Source: Heterodontus francisci (Eukaryota). Taken from it: DNA of 64,000 bases. The notes below the pieces were generated by a model, which was not told the DNA's origin, ran no database searches, and saw only the letters and a list, made by a program, of their open reading frames with translations. Location: contig NW_027140453.1 of the NCBI RefSeq assembly GCF_036365525.1, forward strand, positions 1,488,001 to 1,552,000. The letters run 5' to 3'. Position numbers and translations under genes: made by a program. Of this stretch, positions 51,271-64,000 are shown one piece after another (the first letter of the stretch is position 1; each line of letters opens with the position of its first letter).

Positions 51271-52648
51271 CCTACTCTTGTCTCTTCCCCCAAATGTAAT
51301 ATTTAATAATTAGTGCTACCGTAAACTCACACATGAAAGGAGGGGACCATTCGGCCATTTGTGTGAATTCCAGCTCTTTGGTAGAACTAGCCAATTAATC
51401 CTACTCCCCACCCTGTTCTTCTCACATAACCCAGTAAACTATGTACCTTCAAACTCTCTCTATTTCCCTTTTGAAAGCTACTTTTGAAGTGAAGCTACTA
51501 TTGAATCTGCTTTCAGCACCATGTCAGGCATTACATTCCAAATCACAACAACTCGCTGTTCAAACAAAATATTTCCTCATCCCCCTTTTTTTTTCCAACG
51601 ACCTTAAATCTGTGTCCTTCTGGTTACCGAACCTCCTACCACTGGAAAAAAAGGTTTCTCCCTTTTAACTCTATCGAAAGCCTTCCTGAGTTTCAGCACC
51701 TCAATTCAAATTTTCCCTGTACCTTCTCTGCTCCAAGGAGAACAATCCCAGCTTCTACAATCTCTTCACGATATCTGAAGTGCCTCAACTCTGGAACCAT
51801 TCCAGTCAATCTACTCTGCATTCTCTCTAGGGACTTATCGTGTTTTCCAAAGGGTGGCACCAGAGTGGAACACAATGCTGCTACTGAGGCCTAAACAGTA
51901 TTTTATAAATGTTCATGATAACAGCTTTGCTTTTTCCCTCTGTGCCTCTGTTTACAGAGCCAAAAGGATTCAGTGTGCCTTTTGATAGCCTTTTGAACCT
52001 GCCCTGCCACCTTCATAGATTTATGAACATACATCCCCCTGGTTTCTCTGTTCCTGCACCCAATTTAAAATTGTACCATTTGAGAAACAATGTATTGGCT
52101 CAAAGAAAATAAGGGGAGTGTGTCCGAGCCAATATTTATCCCTCATTCAACACTTCACATCCACCATTCCGGTTATCTGGTCATTTAGTGCAATGATGCT
52201 TGTGGGATCTTGCTGTGCGCATTTTGGCTGAAATCTTTCCCTACATTACAACAGTGACTACACTGCACAGTCAGTTCTTTAACTCTAAAGCTCTATGAGC
52301 GTAATATTGCGAAAGAAATACCTGAACAGGTTTGGGTTTACAGACAAGACTCTGTGAGAATGCCTTGAATATTAAAATGATAAAATCATTAACATAATGA
52401 CTGATGCCTAATTTTGTTATATTTCTGTTCTGAATATTGAACCAATGGAGATTTCAGGAGACGTCTCTTCACCCGGAGAATAGTGAGAATGTGGAATTCG
52501 CTTTTTTTTTTGACTCGGAGGTAAGAGTGTTACCACTCTGTAACTTCACTGAAATGCTTAAACCCAAGCAGCATTTTGAGAACTGGTCTCTTTCTCAACC
52601 AGTTGAGCTGCAGTTGACAGATGCAGTTTGACAATGGTGCGTCTTTAC

Positions 52649-52700
52649 CTAGAACTAGTTAGTTTGGTACCTTTGCTGCAATACAAGAAAATGCCTTGCG
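52649..52700 (-). pseudogene. TRBJ: TRBJ pseudogene (most C-proximal)
   Basis: LYCSKGTKLT then a +1 insertion before VL; GTAAAG donor; degenerate RSS. Confidence 0.6.
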
Positions 52701-53641
52701 CACGTTGCTGTCCAAAATCTGCCTGTTTCCAAAGGGGCTGAACACAAGTTTAATTTTGGTCTTAACAATTGTACTTTTATTGGGACTTCCTCCCTCCGGG
52801 ATTCACCACGCTGTTGTTTGTCTTCAATTAATTTTCCCTTTATATTTTGTCTGCTTTTCCTGGTTACTTGCGAATGTGTCTTTATTTTAAGAATAAGTTT
52901 AATAAAACAACACTGATCTCCCCTTCGCCTTCTCTGCTCCAAGGAGAACAATCCCAGCTTCTCCCATTTCTAAACACAAGTGAAACCTCCCCATGTCTGG
53001 TACCATTCTAGTAAACATCTTCTGCACCCTCTCTATGGCCTTGACATCCTTCCTAAAGTGTGTTCGCCACGAATTGGTCACAATACTCCAGGCGAGGCCT
53101 ACCTGGTGATTAATAACAACAAAAAAATTGCATTTAACTAGCACCGTTGATGCAGTGAAAAATCACACCATCAGAGCAACTCAGACAGCAACTTGATACC
53201 GAGTTATCGAAGTAGATATTAGGGACAGGTGACCTGTCAAAGAAGTAGGTTCTAAGATACTTCTCAAAGAAGGAGAGAGGGAGAGAAGCAGAGGTGTATA
53301 AGGAGGGAATTCCAGGGTTTAGGGCTCAGGCAGCTGAAGGCACAGCCGCCAATGGTGGGTTCGAGGGAGGGCAGGATGCACAAGAGGCCAGAATTGGAGG
53401 AGCACAGAGAAATCATCAGGGTTTCTTTTAGGTCCAGAGGAAGTTACAGAAATAAGGAGCCACCGCCTCACTGACAGAACAATGCACGAATCCCGCGTAA
53501 ATGTCCCCTACACGTGAAATGAATCCTCTTGTTCATCTGCTAAAATCCCTCCCCACAATTAGAGAACTGCATCCGTAGAACAACAGCAGACTTCTGTCCA
53601 TCCATCATTAACTGAGACCTCTTGTACTGTCAGCTACTCAC

Positions 53642-53692
53642 CCGAAACGCTTAGCTTCGTGCCCCCTCCAGAATACTGTTCATATCCTGAAG
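53642..53692 (-). CDS. TRBJ: TRBJ SGYEQYSGGGTKLSVS (F>S, ORF)
   Basis: GTGAGT donor; RSS read on + strand as CACCATG-12-ACTAAAACT. Confidence 0.85.
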
Positions 53693-54709
53693 CACCATGC
53701 TGCAACCCTACACTAAAACTAACAAGAGTGTCTCTCCCCTCTAGATGGATGGAGTTGGCGCTGGGGATTTTACATCGAAATTCATTGTAATTGCAACAAT
53801 CTAACCAAAGTTCTATATAAGTTTCATGTAACTTCTGTGCTTTGGAATGCTAGCTAATCCCCTGCAAAGGAAGCCCTGTGCTTTGTTTGCTGTTATTATT
53901 GGATATTAGTCAATATTAAAGATGCAGACAAGTACTATGTCGCACTGCATCAGAGGATACCAATTAGAATTAAGCCTTCAGGTTGCTCAATCTTCTGCGA
54001 ACACCCAGAGCTTCTTGCTGTTTCCACATAACCCTACATTTGTTAGCCTTCAAGTATGCATCAAATGCATTGTTTAAGCTATTTTCAGGCAGTGCACTCC
54101 ACATCACAACAACTGGCTGTGTAAAAGCAAATACTCATCTCCCTCTTTGTTTCTTTTGCCAATCACAAATCTGTTCTCTTTGCTTACCGACCCTTCTCCC
54201 AGCAGAAATGAGTTATTCTTATTTACTCTATTACAAAACATATGATTTTGGACATTTTGAATATGATATCAATTCCCACCTTAACCTTCTCTTCTCTGAG
54301 GAGAACAACCCCAGTTTCTCCAGTATCTCCACACAATTGAAGTCATTCATCCCTGGTACCACACTGGCAAATCTTCTTTAACCTTCTCTGCTCCAAGGAG
54401 AACAATATTCAGCTTTTCCAGTCTCTCTACAAAGCTGAAATCCTTTCTCCCTGGTATCAATCCTCCCACCACCACTTAATCTTCTCTGCTTTATCCTACT
54501 TGTTTTCAGAATACATCTTGCTGAAATATTGCGAAATAAATATAATAATTATTACGATAATTTGGTAATAAGTGGGGCAACGAGGGAAATCTGGGTAGCA
54601 GGGTCAGACATACAGCACTGTGCAGTTATGTACTGGAGTGCAATGCCATGGGTAAATATACAACTAATTTAATTGACGCACTCAAAACGTTACATTTTTT
54701 AAAACTTAC

Positions 54710-54761
54710 CCAACACTGTTAATTTGGAACCGGGGCCAAAATGAAAGTTAGTAGTTACATC
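54710..54761 (-). CDS. TRBJ: TRBJ DVTTNFHFGPGSKLTVL
   Basis: FGXG, GTAAG donor, CACAATG-12-CAGAAAACT. Confidence 0.93.
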
Positions 54762-55397
54762 CACAATGCTACATTCCTATCAGAAAACTAGGATTGCCTA
54801 ACAGTTCCCGTAGACTGCCAATGCAGTAGCTTGTTCCCTATATTTATTTAGTATGCCAAGAAAGCAAGTAGTGAAATTGTTAAACTGTTTGGACATTGCC
54901 ACGTACCTCTCACTTTGAATTCTGATTTGAAATAGTGTTTCATCATAAATGTAAGTCAATTCCTTATGCACTCAATTTAGTTATTTTCTTGAAGGAAGAC
55001 TAGGTGAGTTTGCCATTTAGTATCTAATCTTCTACAACCTTGACTAGATCTAGTCTTTGTTTATTACATTCAATCATTTTTGTTGGGTCAGTGTGTTAAA
55101 GGTTATGGGACCAAAGACGGTAGCTGGAGCTAAGATAAAACTCAGCCATGATTTAAGTGAATGGTGTAAGAGGCTCAAGGGATGAATGGTCCTTTGTGGC
55201 TTCTTGTGTTTGATTGGAGTCCTTTCAAAATCGTTGACTCGGGTTTGCATCTGTTATGAACTCGACAGTGGCCCTTCCTGAGTTCAGCCTTTAAGATAAT
55301 CACTACTAGTTGAGCCTTGCCTCTCTGCTTTTACATTGGTGAAGATTAATGCTTTTACATTGACCACTGGGGGGACACATCGCTCGGTTTTACATAC

Positions 55398-55453
55398 CCA
55401 GAACTGTTAATCTTGTCCCATCGCCAAAGCGGAGAGGTGTGCTGTTTCCAGAA
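55398..55453 (-). CDS. TRBJ: TRBJ SGNSTPLRFGDGTRLTVL
   Basis: FGXG, GTATG donor, CACAGTG-12-ATTAAAACT. Confidence 0.94.
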
Positions 55454-56010
55454 CACAGTGTTACAAAGCAGTATTAAAACTGCTGGGGACCAATGATTAC
55501 ACGATACTTCATCGAATGCTCTGACACCTTTGAACAATTATAATTCAACCAATAGCAATGTGTAGATTTGTCTGTCCTTTTCTCCACCATTCCATTTTAA
55601 AGCAGAGAAATTATGGTAAAATTTGCTTAGACGTTCTTGGAGCTCTGTGCACAGTTCTGGTCTCCATATCCCTCGGTTAGACCACACTTGGATCACTGTG
55701 CACAGTTCTCGTCTTCATACATATTTACCTATCAGGAAAGACTGAATAGCCATTATGATAGATAAGAGAAGGCTTAGAGGTGACCTGAAAGAGGCGTCTA
55801 AGATTATGAAAGGGTTGGGGGGTTCCAGAGGGTAGACACAGAGAAGTCTGGTAACGTTGTCTTTGCAAAATTGTGCATCTTGGGATACAAATTTACTCAA
55901 GTTTTCCAGTATGTGGCCAGGTTTGTGAGTTTTGGCAGAATTACGAAGCAATGAATGAACACTTAGAGCGAATAAAATTTGAATATTGAGATCTATTCTT
56001 GTTTACCTGC

Positions 56011-56059
56011 CTAGAACGTAATCCCAGAGCCAAAGTAAGAGATCGAGGTCCCAGCTGAA
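56011..56059 (-). pseudogene. TRBJ: TRBJ pseudogene SAGTSISYFGSGITF*
   Basis: RSS CACAATG-12-TGTAAAACT is retained, but a short deletion after FGSG gives a frameshift and stop; donor is altered (GC). Confidence 0.85.
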
Positions 56060-57242
56060 CACAATGTCACAGGCCAGTTGTAAAACTACCAGGGCCCTCA
56101 GTTAGGCCTGAGCTGGAGTCTCGTGCCCAATTCAGGGCACCACACTTTTGGAAGGATGTCAAGGTCTTGGAGAGCGTGCAGAGAGAGATTTACTGGAATG
56201 GTCCTAGAAATGAGGGACTCAGTTATGTGGACAGACTGGAGAAGGTGGGATTGTTCTCCCAGAGAAGGTGAAGGAGAGATTTAATAGTTGATTTCAAAGC
56301 CACGAAGGGCTTTGTTAGAGTCAGTAGGGGGAGACTGATTCCACTGGCCGGAGATTTCACAACCAGAGAACATAGATTTAAGGCAATTGGCAAAAGATCC
56401 AGATGTTTATTGAGGGGGCCATTTCTTTACACAACGACTTGTTGTGATATGGAATGCATTACCTGAAAGTGTGATAGATACTGATTGCATATTGAACTTC
56501 AAAAAAGAATTGGATCATAGTTCAAAAAGGCGAAAATTGCAGGGCTGTATAGAAAGAAAAGGGGTGAGGGAGGCGAATTGGAGAACATTTCCCAACAGCC
56601 GACTCTAGTAAGATGGGCAGAGTGGTATTCTTGTGTCCAACATGCATATTTGTCTAATTATTTCCATCAACTGTTTTTTTTAGAAGTCTGTCCCATTATC
56701 AACAGTGAGCATTCATTCCAGAAGATCACTGCTTCAGGACGTTAATCATAACAAGCTGAACAAACTCTGTTTAAGAATGGGATTGAATTTTATACGGATG
56801 AAGGCAAAGCACAATCTTCTAAAACAAAATCGAAGTGGTCATTTTTATTAATTAGTGTGAGGTTAACAATTTTATGCGGCAACAGATCAGAATTGTTGAC
56901 TTAATATTGGCTGCAAGCCCATAAAGTATGGATTGACAAAAGTATTAGGGTCATGTCTTTACAGCCATGTCTATCCTGGATTCTACTCCACCCAATAACC
57001 CTCCTGAGAAAAGAGCCTGAGGAATGTCTCCCAATTCCAAAACAATTCAGCCAATCACAAGAAGGCATTTCCACCATAACATTCTACGTCAGACAACTCA
57101 ATGCACTTCTCTGTCGGTTTAATGTCACACAGCATTTTCTATATTTTTGAAAGGATAATAAGATTGTCGATGTGCTGGTTGATAATTCGAAAACTGGACA
57201 GCATTGGGAAACTACAGAATATGATGATAGACTATTCCTTCT

Positions 57243-57760
57243 TCTTTCTTTTCTTTCTTTTGGGCCTACTTATCTCGAGAGACAATGGATACGCGCCTGG
57301 AGGTGGTCAGTGGTTTGTGAAGCAGCGCCTGGAGTGGCTATAAAGGCCAATTCTGGAGTGACAGGCTCTTCCACAGGTGCTGCAGAGAAATTTGTTTGTC
57401 GGGGCTGTTGCACAGTTGGCTCTCCCCTTGCGCCTCTGTCTTTTTTCCTGCCAACTACTGAGTCTCTTCGACTCGCCACAATTTAGCCCTGTCTTTATGG
57501 CTGCCCGCCAGCTCTGGTGAACGCTGGCAACTGACTCCCACGACTTGTGATCAATGTCACACGATTTCATGTCGCGTTTGCAGACGTCTTTATAGCGGAG
57601 ACATGGACAGCCAGTGGGTCTGATTCCAGTGGCGAGCTCGCTGTACAATGTGTCTTTGGGGATCCTGCCATCTTCCATGCGGCTCACATGGCCAAGCCAT
57701 CTCAAGCGCCGCTGACTCAGTAGTGTGTATCAGCTGGGAGTGTTGGCCGCTTCAAGGACT
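57243..57760 (-). mobile_element. RTE-clade LINE 3' fragment
   Basis: RWLGHVSRMEDGRIPK..LYSEL..G.R..RYKD..W...CSTCGRACHSRIGLYSH; A-rich simple tail. Confidence 0.9.
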
Positions 57761-57794
57761 AGTTCGACAAACAAAGCCTTTAACATTTACATAC

Positions 57795-57850
57795 CCAAAA
57801 CTGTGAGCTTGGTCCCTTGGCCAAAATATAATGGTTCGGTCTTTCCATAA
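57795..57850 (-). CDS. TRBJ: TRBJ YGKTEPLYFGQGTKLTVL
   Basis: FGXG, GTATG donor, CACAGTG-12-TACAAAACT. Confidence 0.94.
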
Positions 57851-58520
57851 CACAGTGTTACACTCCCATTACAAAACTATTACCTTCCAGACAACCTATT
57901 GCACCAGGAGGCGGCCATTCAGCCCCTCTATCCTGCTCCTCTATTCAAAGGCTGATCTGTACCTCACTTCATTTACCAATCTGATCTCGATATCCCTCGA
58001 TAACCTCCCCAAACAAAGTTATTTCCATCTCAATTTTGTCAGGTCTAATCGCCCTCCAGGATTCACAGCTTTTTGTTGAAGAGGGAGTTCCAGAGATCTT
58101 TTACAATCAATTATTATCATGTACTTTTACTACGGATTCCTCTGCGAGAGGTGAAATCAGAGGGTTTTCCATCAAAATATCTGATGTTAGACATCCCAGT
58201 ACGGCTTTAGTTTCACATAAAAAGCTACAATGAGATTCTTGATATTCCCATTGATAACTAGAATAATGGAGAGTTGTGGGCAATCACAGAATATAACAAT
58301 AGACCAACAAATGGCTTTATCAAGTTTGACTATCCCAGTGGATAGTGAATGGAACAATTTAACAATAGTGTTACTCTAAAAGTGAAGCAAATTAATCTCT
58401 TTTAAAGGCAGGCTGGAGATTGGGTCAAATCATTAACTAAACCCTCGCCACTCCCCATTGGAGGCAACCTAATAGCAATTAAACTGTAAAATGAATACAA
58501 TGGTGTAACCGTTCACCTAC

Positions 58521-58571
58521 CGAAAACTACTAACTTGGTCCCATCGCCAAAAGTATAATCGTAGTTATTTG
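58521..58571 (-). CDS. TRBJ: TRBJ NNYDYTFGDGTKLVVF (defective heptamer, ORF)
   Basis: Open frame and GTAGG donor, but heptamer AGCAGTG lacks CAC; 12 bp spacer + GTTAAAACT. Confidence 0.88.
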
Positions 58572-59071
58572 AGCAGTGATGCCTGTCAGTGTTAAAACTC
58601 CCATCTAGTTAGAAATGCTAAAATGCACCGTCTTCGAAATGATGTACTCAAATTGTAGATTTACATACTATTAATGTGTGATGTAAAGACAGCGGCAATG
58701 CACCCTAGATATTGGACAGGAGAACAAAAGGTTAGTTATAGGGCCTGGTGGAGGTTACAGAGACAGCGAGATTTGTCGGGATTGGAGGATGTTGCAGGGA
58801 TACGGAGAGTTATAGAGGCTGGAGGCGGTTACAGGGATAGGGAGGTTTGTCGGGGCCGGAGGACGTTACAGGGACAGGGAGGCCTTGGGTTGAGTTGAAA
58901 ACAAATGTGAAAGATATTTAAACCAAGATATTGCAGGTCCAGCTGCCAATATAAATCGGCGAGGTGATTCTGTGACCGAGAACATGATGTATTTTAGAGC
59001 ATCTAATTTCGTCTGAGAATCTCAAATATCCTCATTAACGAAAACAACAAAAGCTTCTGTTCTGTGCTCAC

Positions 59072-59124
59072 CTAAAACAATCAATTTTGTCCCGTCACTG
59101 AAGTAATACGGAGTATTTCCTGTA
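59072..59124 (-). CDS. TRBJ: TRBJ TGNTPYYFSDGTKLIVL (FSDG)
   Basis: GTGAG donor, CACAATG-12-AGTATAACT. Confidence 0.9.
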
Positions 59125-60180
59125 CACAATGTTACATGACAATAGTATAACTACAGGTCGAAGAGCAATGAAGCTGGTGCACTGATGCAAAACCTCACAC
59201 AGAATGCACTGGAGATTTGACTCTTTATGTTAAGGGCATTATAATGTTAATTAGAAAATCATTGTGAGGAATAGAAAGGGAAGTTCGTTACTCAGATAGT
59301 GGTAATAATGTGGAATGCACTACCACAGGGAATGGGTTGAGGTGAATTGTGGAGATGCTTTCAAGGAGTGAGTTGGAAAAAGACATGGGAGAGAAAGGAA
59401 TAGAAGATTGGATGAAGTAAGGGTGAGAGGAGGCTCGTGTGCAGTTTCACCACTGGTTTGCTTACACACTGTAAATTCTATATAATTAAATGTAATTATG
59501 ATGTTTTATTTCACTCATTCTGGGGGAAGAACGATGACAGCATTTTTTGGAAACAAATAATCTGCCCTCTGAGAAAACGGTTAATAAATCTGCTACTGCC
59601 TCCCTGACAGGACTGCGGAAAGACCTACACCCCATTGAGTGCAGGGGCGATGGTTGCAAAGTGATAATGTTACTGTGCTAGTAATGTTCTGGTTCAAATC
59701 CCGAGGGTAGCTAGAGGAATTAAACTTCAACTGATAAATGAAAGTCTGGTTTAACTGCATGAAACTATCGTCAATTGTCAGAAAATCCCGCCTGTTGTCA
59801 GAGAAGTGACTTCAGACTTCAGTTGACTCGCAACTGCCTTCTGAAACATCAAACCACCCAGTCCAAGAGCAATTAGGGTTGGCCAACAAATCTTGGCCTT
59901 GCCAGCGACGCCCATATCTGATGAAAAAAAATGAACTCGCAAACCACTCAGAGGGCAATTAGGGATGGGCAATAAATTCTGGTCCACATGCCACGAACGA
60001 ATTAAAAAAATGTCTTTCCCTGTGCATCTTAGTATTTTCCATGTATTCTGGCTTTTATGCACATTGGAAATGCTGCCTGAAATTTTTTTGTTACTTGTCA
60101 ATGCAACATTTCAGTTGCAAACTGAAACTCAGAAACAGCGTGAGCTGCAATCATTGTTTTTCAAAGAACGTCCAACTCAC

Positions 60181-60233
60181 CCAACACAGTCAGTTTTGTC
60201 CCGTCACCAAAGAAATAGTCGTAGCTTCCAGAA
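60181..60233 (-). CDS. TRBJ: TRBJ SGSYDYFFGDGTKLTVL
   Basis: FGXG, GTGAG donor, CACAGTG-12-TACTAAACT. Confidence 0.94.
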
Positions 60234-60535
60234 CACAGTGTTTCAGCCCTGTTACTAAACTAGACTGGTCCCTGAAAAGTTGCCGAATATTTGAGTGAAT
60301 AATACAGCTCTTGTTTGTTTGTCCATAGTAAGCTAAATGGGAGAAATTTTCCCTTCTTTAAACACATATCCAGTTCAAGAATCAGTCTTTCTCCTTCTCT
60401 CTCTCTCTGTCTCTGTTTGTATCTTAAATGCATTGGAAAAATGTCTTTCACCAATGAACCCGGAGCCTTAAACATCTTTCCGACCATTTCAGACAACATG
60501 CATTCTCAGAATTGGCCTAACATTCCTGGACTCAC

Positions 60536-60585
60536 CTGTCACAACTAACTTGGTACCGCTTCCGAAGTAATATTGATTGCCAGAA
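60536..60585 (-). CDS. TRBJ: TRBJ SGNQYYFGSGTKLVVT
   Basis: FGXG, GTGAG donor, CACAGTG-12-AACAAAACC. Confidence 0.95.
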
Positions 60586-61631
60586 CACAGTGAGAGACCC
60601 TTGTAACAAAACCTCACAAGGCGAGGTGCAGGTCTTGTCTATATCACACTTGGACCCTGTCCTCGAAAGCGTTTGTAGATCACATCTCCTTAGTTTATAT
60701 ATCTCCTAATTTACATTTGTGGCTCACGAGCAAGGTCATAGAATCAGAAATATCCATCACTGAAGGGGAGACCATTCGGCCCATAGGACCTCTGCTGGCT
60801 TTATGAAAGGTTTTACCATCGTCCTGTATATTTCCCTTCGAGTATCTATCAATTTCCATTTTGAAAGTTTCTACTGAACCAACTTCCACCACCAGTTCAG
60901 ATATGCCTTCCCGATCCAGTAACTACCTCTGTGGGAGAATGTCTCTTCATCCCGCCACTGGTCCTTTATGTCAATTGCCTCAAAACCTGTGTCCTCTGGT
61001 TACCGACCCATCTACCAATGGAGACTGTTTCTGATTATTAATTCTATCCAAAACCTTCACTAATTTGAACACCTCTATTCAATCTCCATTTAACCTTTTC
61101 TGTTCTCCAGTCTCTCCAACTATCTGAGGTCCCTCATCTCTGGTACAATTCTGGTGAATCATTTCTGCTCCCAATCTAAGGCCTCGACAACTGTCATAAA
61201 GTGTGGTACCCAGGACTGAACACAATACTCCAGCTGGGACCTTACCAGTGATTTGTAAATGTTAATCCTCACTTCCTCACTCAACACCTCGTGAATTCTT
61301 AACCAATAATGGTGCGTTCCAGCATCATCAACTGGTCACTTCAAACATCTTGACCCTTTTTTTGACCAAGCTCACTCTCTATCTCACTCCTCGCATTAAA
61401 CCAATAGAGTTACATTCGGGACAGGGGTAGGCCATTCAGAGTCTGATTTCCCAGACAGCTATCACTTGTTGATTTCCACACACACAATCGGTCATTGTTA
61501 AGAAACGGATGCAGCTGAATAGGGAATATGATTAGTGTTATCTTCATATATTAATCTTGTAAATTTCAATCAGACTATACCATATCAGACCGTGCGGAAT
61601 GATTCTCACTGACGCCACGTTAATCAGTTAC

Positions 61632-61683
61632 CTAAAACCACGAGGTTTGTGCCATCGCCAAATGTATAGTCATTGTTCCCTGA
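61632..61683 (-). CDS. TRBJ: TRBJ SGNNDYTFGDGTNLVVL
   Basis: FGXG, GTAAC donor, CACAATG-12-AACAAAGCT. Confidence 0.93.
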
Positions 61684-62116
61684 CACAATGTTACACAGTT
61701 GTAACAAAGCTAGGGAATCTTTAACTCTCTACACGCCGGTTAATTAAGCGCAGTTGCATCGTTTTGTATTGGGTTGCATTTGTTACCCCGCCCTTTCCCT
61801 CTTTACCTCTTTTTGTTATTTCTTTTGTCTTTGTCTCGACCTCTCCCATCTTTGTCTCTCTAATTTTCCGTCCCCTTTTCCCTGCATTTTGCTCCCAATC
61901 TGTCTCTCTGTAGATAAGGTTTGCCTCCCTAACCTTCCTCCATTTCCACCTCGCCATTGCCCTATGTTCAGTTGTTTTAACTGTTGCTTCGTTACTCTTT
62001 GTTTTTTTCTAAAGTTTATGGTCTCTCCCCTTTCTTCAAACTGATGGGGACAAACTGGCCGACAGTTTTAATAATTACTGAGACCACTGATATGTTTCAA
62101 CAAATATCTCACTCAC

Positions 62117-62174
62117 CCAGGAGTGTTAACTTAGTGCCGTCTCCAAAATATGATAGCTGGGTATTTCCTGCACC
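62117..62174 (-). CDS. TRBJ: TRBJ GAGNTQLSYFGDGTKLTLL
   Basis: FGXG, GTGAGT donor, weak heptamer CACATCA-12-ACGAAAACA. Confidence 0.9.
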
Positions 62175-62724
62175 CACATCATCATGTGACAACACGAAAA
62201 CATTCCTCAATAGCGCCCTGCCAGTTTTCAGTGTCCATCTCATTAATATTTGATATTGCCCTTTGACTAACATGAGCTGACCATACAACAAAGTACACGC
62301 ATAAAATAACCGGGTGGGGAGGTGGGGGAGAGGGGGCCTGACCATTAAAGCCAGCAACATTCACAGTACCGTCTATCCATCCATCTGTGAATATGTTAGA
62401 TGTCCACAGATACAGTGCTTATAATACTGGAAGATTTTACATGGAGTTGTTCATAATTATTAATTAACTTCTACACACAAGTTGGGGACCAGATAGCTCA
62501 GTTGGCTAACGTGCCAGTTAGAACAATGCTTACAGAACGGGTTCATTTCTCACCATGTCTGGGGAAGGCAAGGGGAAGCCTCCTCATAGACACTGCTCCA
62601 CATTCATGCTCCTCTCTCCTGCTGGAGAAAAGGAGCAGAGAGCCAGTACATCAGATGACCACCAGCCTGCACAGACAAGATGAACCCAGCATCCCTGGCT
62701 TCATTGAATGAAGGTCTAACTCAC

Positions 62725-62781
62725 CCAATACTGTTAGAGCCGAACGTTCTCCAAAATGTAAAGGCTGGTCGCTCCCGCCTG
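62725..62781 (-). CDS. TRBJ: TRBJ GGSDQPLHFGERSALTVL (FGER, non-canonical)
   Basis: GTGAGT donor, CACTATG-12-ACCAAAACA. Confidence 0.88.
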
Positions 62782-62936
62782 CACTATGCTGAACAACATT
62801 ACCAAAACACACCTTTGGATAGACCGATACACCGACAGAAAAGTAGCTACGTAGATCGATAAACATAAAGATGGATACACAGACCGATACATTGTGGATG
62901 ATGGAACAATAGATGTTTATATAGATGGTAACGTAC

Positions 62937-62986
62937 CTAAAACAGTTAACTTGGTACCAGCTCCGAAGTAGTAAATATCAGAAGAG
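62937..62986 (-). CDS. TRBJ: TRBJ SSDIYYFGAGTKLTVL
   Basis: FGXG, GTACG donor, CACAAAG-12-ATCAAAACC. Confidence 0.93.
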
Positions 62987-64000
62987 CACAAAGCTAAATC
63001 CCTGCATCAAAACCTCTCACCTCTCTCTGATTCTTGTCCTGAAGGAGCCTTTCACAACTAGAAAGAACCTACAGGAGTATTGGCACAAAGGAACATAGAA
63101 ATACTGTAGCTGGAGTAGGCCATTCAGCCCGTCGAGCTTGTTCTGACATTCAGTGAGGTCATGAATCATCTGTATTGTAACCCCATTAGCCTGTTTGTGT
63201 TCCAGACCCTTTTCCTAACAAGGCTCTATCATTCTCAGATTGGGAAGTGACAATTGACCCTGTGGCCTCAGCAGTTTCATAGGGGAGAGAGGCCCAGATT
63301 TCCACCACCGTTTGTTCAGTTATGTCCTTTCTGGCATCACCCCTGAACGGCCAAGCTTTGATGTTAAGCTAATGCTCCTCTCCACCCTCACCCTTGTTCT
63401 GGGCTCTGACACCCGTGTAAATTGCAGCTCTATCTACCCGATCGAATCCTCTCATTATCTTAAACACATCAGTTGGATCAATCCTTAATCTCCAATGCTC
63501 AACATCTCTAAGCAACCTGCCCCCACAATTTAATTCCGGCATGATTCTGGTAAATGAGGAAAGATCATTCGCAATCTGCCCTGGACTTTCAGCTCACGTT
63601 CCCCAGGCCGTTCAATGTGCATTCTCCACCCAGTCTCCATTCACAAATTTTAAAAATCCCTTTTGATATTTCTCATCCATTCAAACGCTTCAGGTTAATG
63701 GGGAATACATCAAATCATATCGACACTTCAGCACCGAACCAGGCCATTCGGCCCACTACATCCTAGCCGATTAAATGCTCCACATTATCCTTCTCACACC
63801 CTCTTCATCTCACCCCATCAATAGGTCCTTTTATTCCTTTCTCCCCCATATGTTTATCCAGCTTCCCTCTTAAAAACATCTCTGCTATTTGCCTCAGCCC
63901 ACTCCCTGTGGTAGTGAATTCCACATTCTTGCCACTCTCTGGTTGAAAAGGCTTCTCCTGAATTCCATATTGGATTTATTAGTGACTGTCTTATATTGAT

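Noticed and set aside
54900-54960. Additional J relic (KHYFKSEFKVR + GTACGT donor on minus strand)
   Set aside because: No FGXG motif and no recognisable RSS.

Overview
This is eukaryotic genomic DNA, not prokaryotic: the 3' end of a cartilaginous-fish (shark-type) T-cell receptor beta (TRB) locus, embedded in CR1/L2/RTE LINE fragments, Deu/V-SINEs, minisatellites and GA microsatellites with N runs. On the minus strand (right half) lies the functional J-C cluster: 14 J-beta segments with 12-RSS (52.6-63.0 kb, two pseudo) and a 4-exon TRBC (47151-50291). Its D and main V array must lie beyond the right edge. On the plus strand (left half), facing it tail-to-tail, is a second complete but decaying TRB cassette. 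It has two intact V genes (15395-16193, 20411-20903) and several relics of a TRBV30-like 'CAWS' V family. It also has a non-canonical D with 12/23-RSS (28090-28103), one J (28371-28419) and a very divergent 4-exon C pseudogene (33528-39513). Two independent ~45-bp tandem arrays of CTCF-like motifs sit directly behind a V RSS and between the V genes and the D. Candidate enhancers and one CTCF-like site lie between the two C 3' ends. The last exons of an unidentified gene appear at 2.7-4.6 kb. All calls were read by eye; homology statements are from recall and need alignment.
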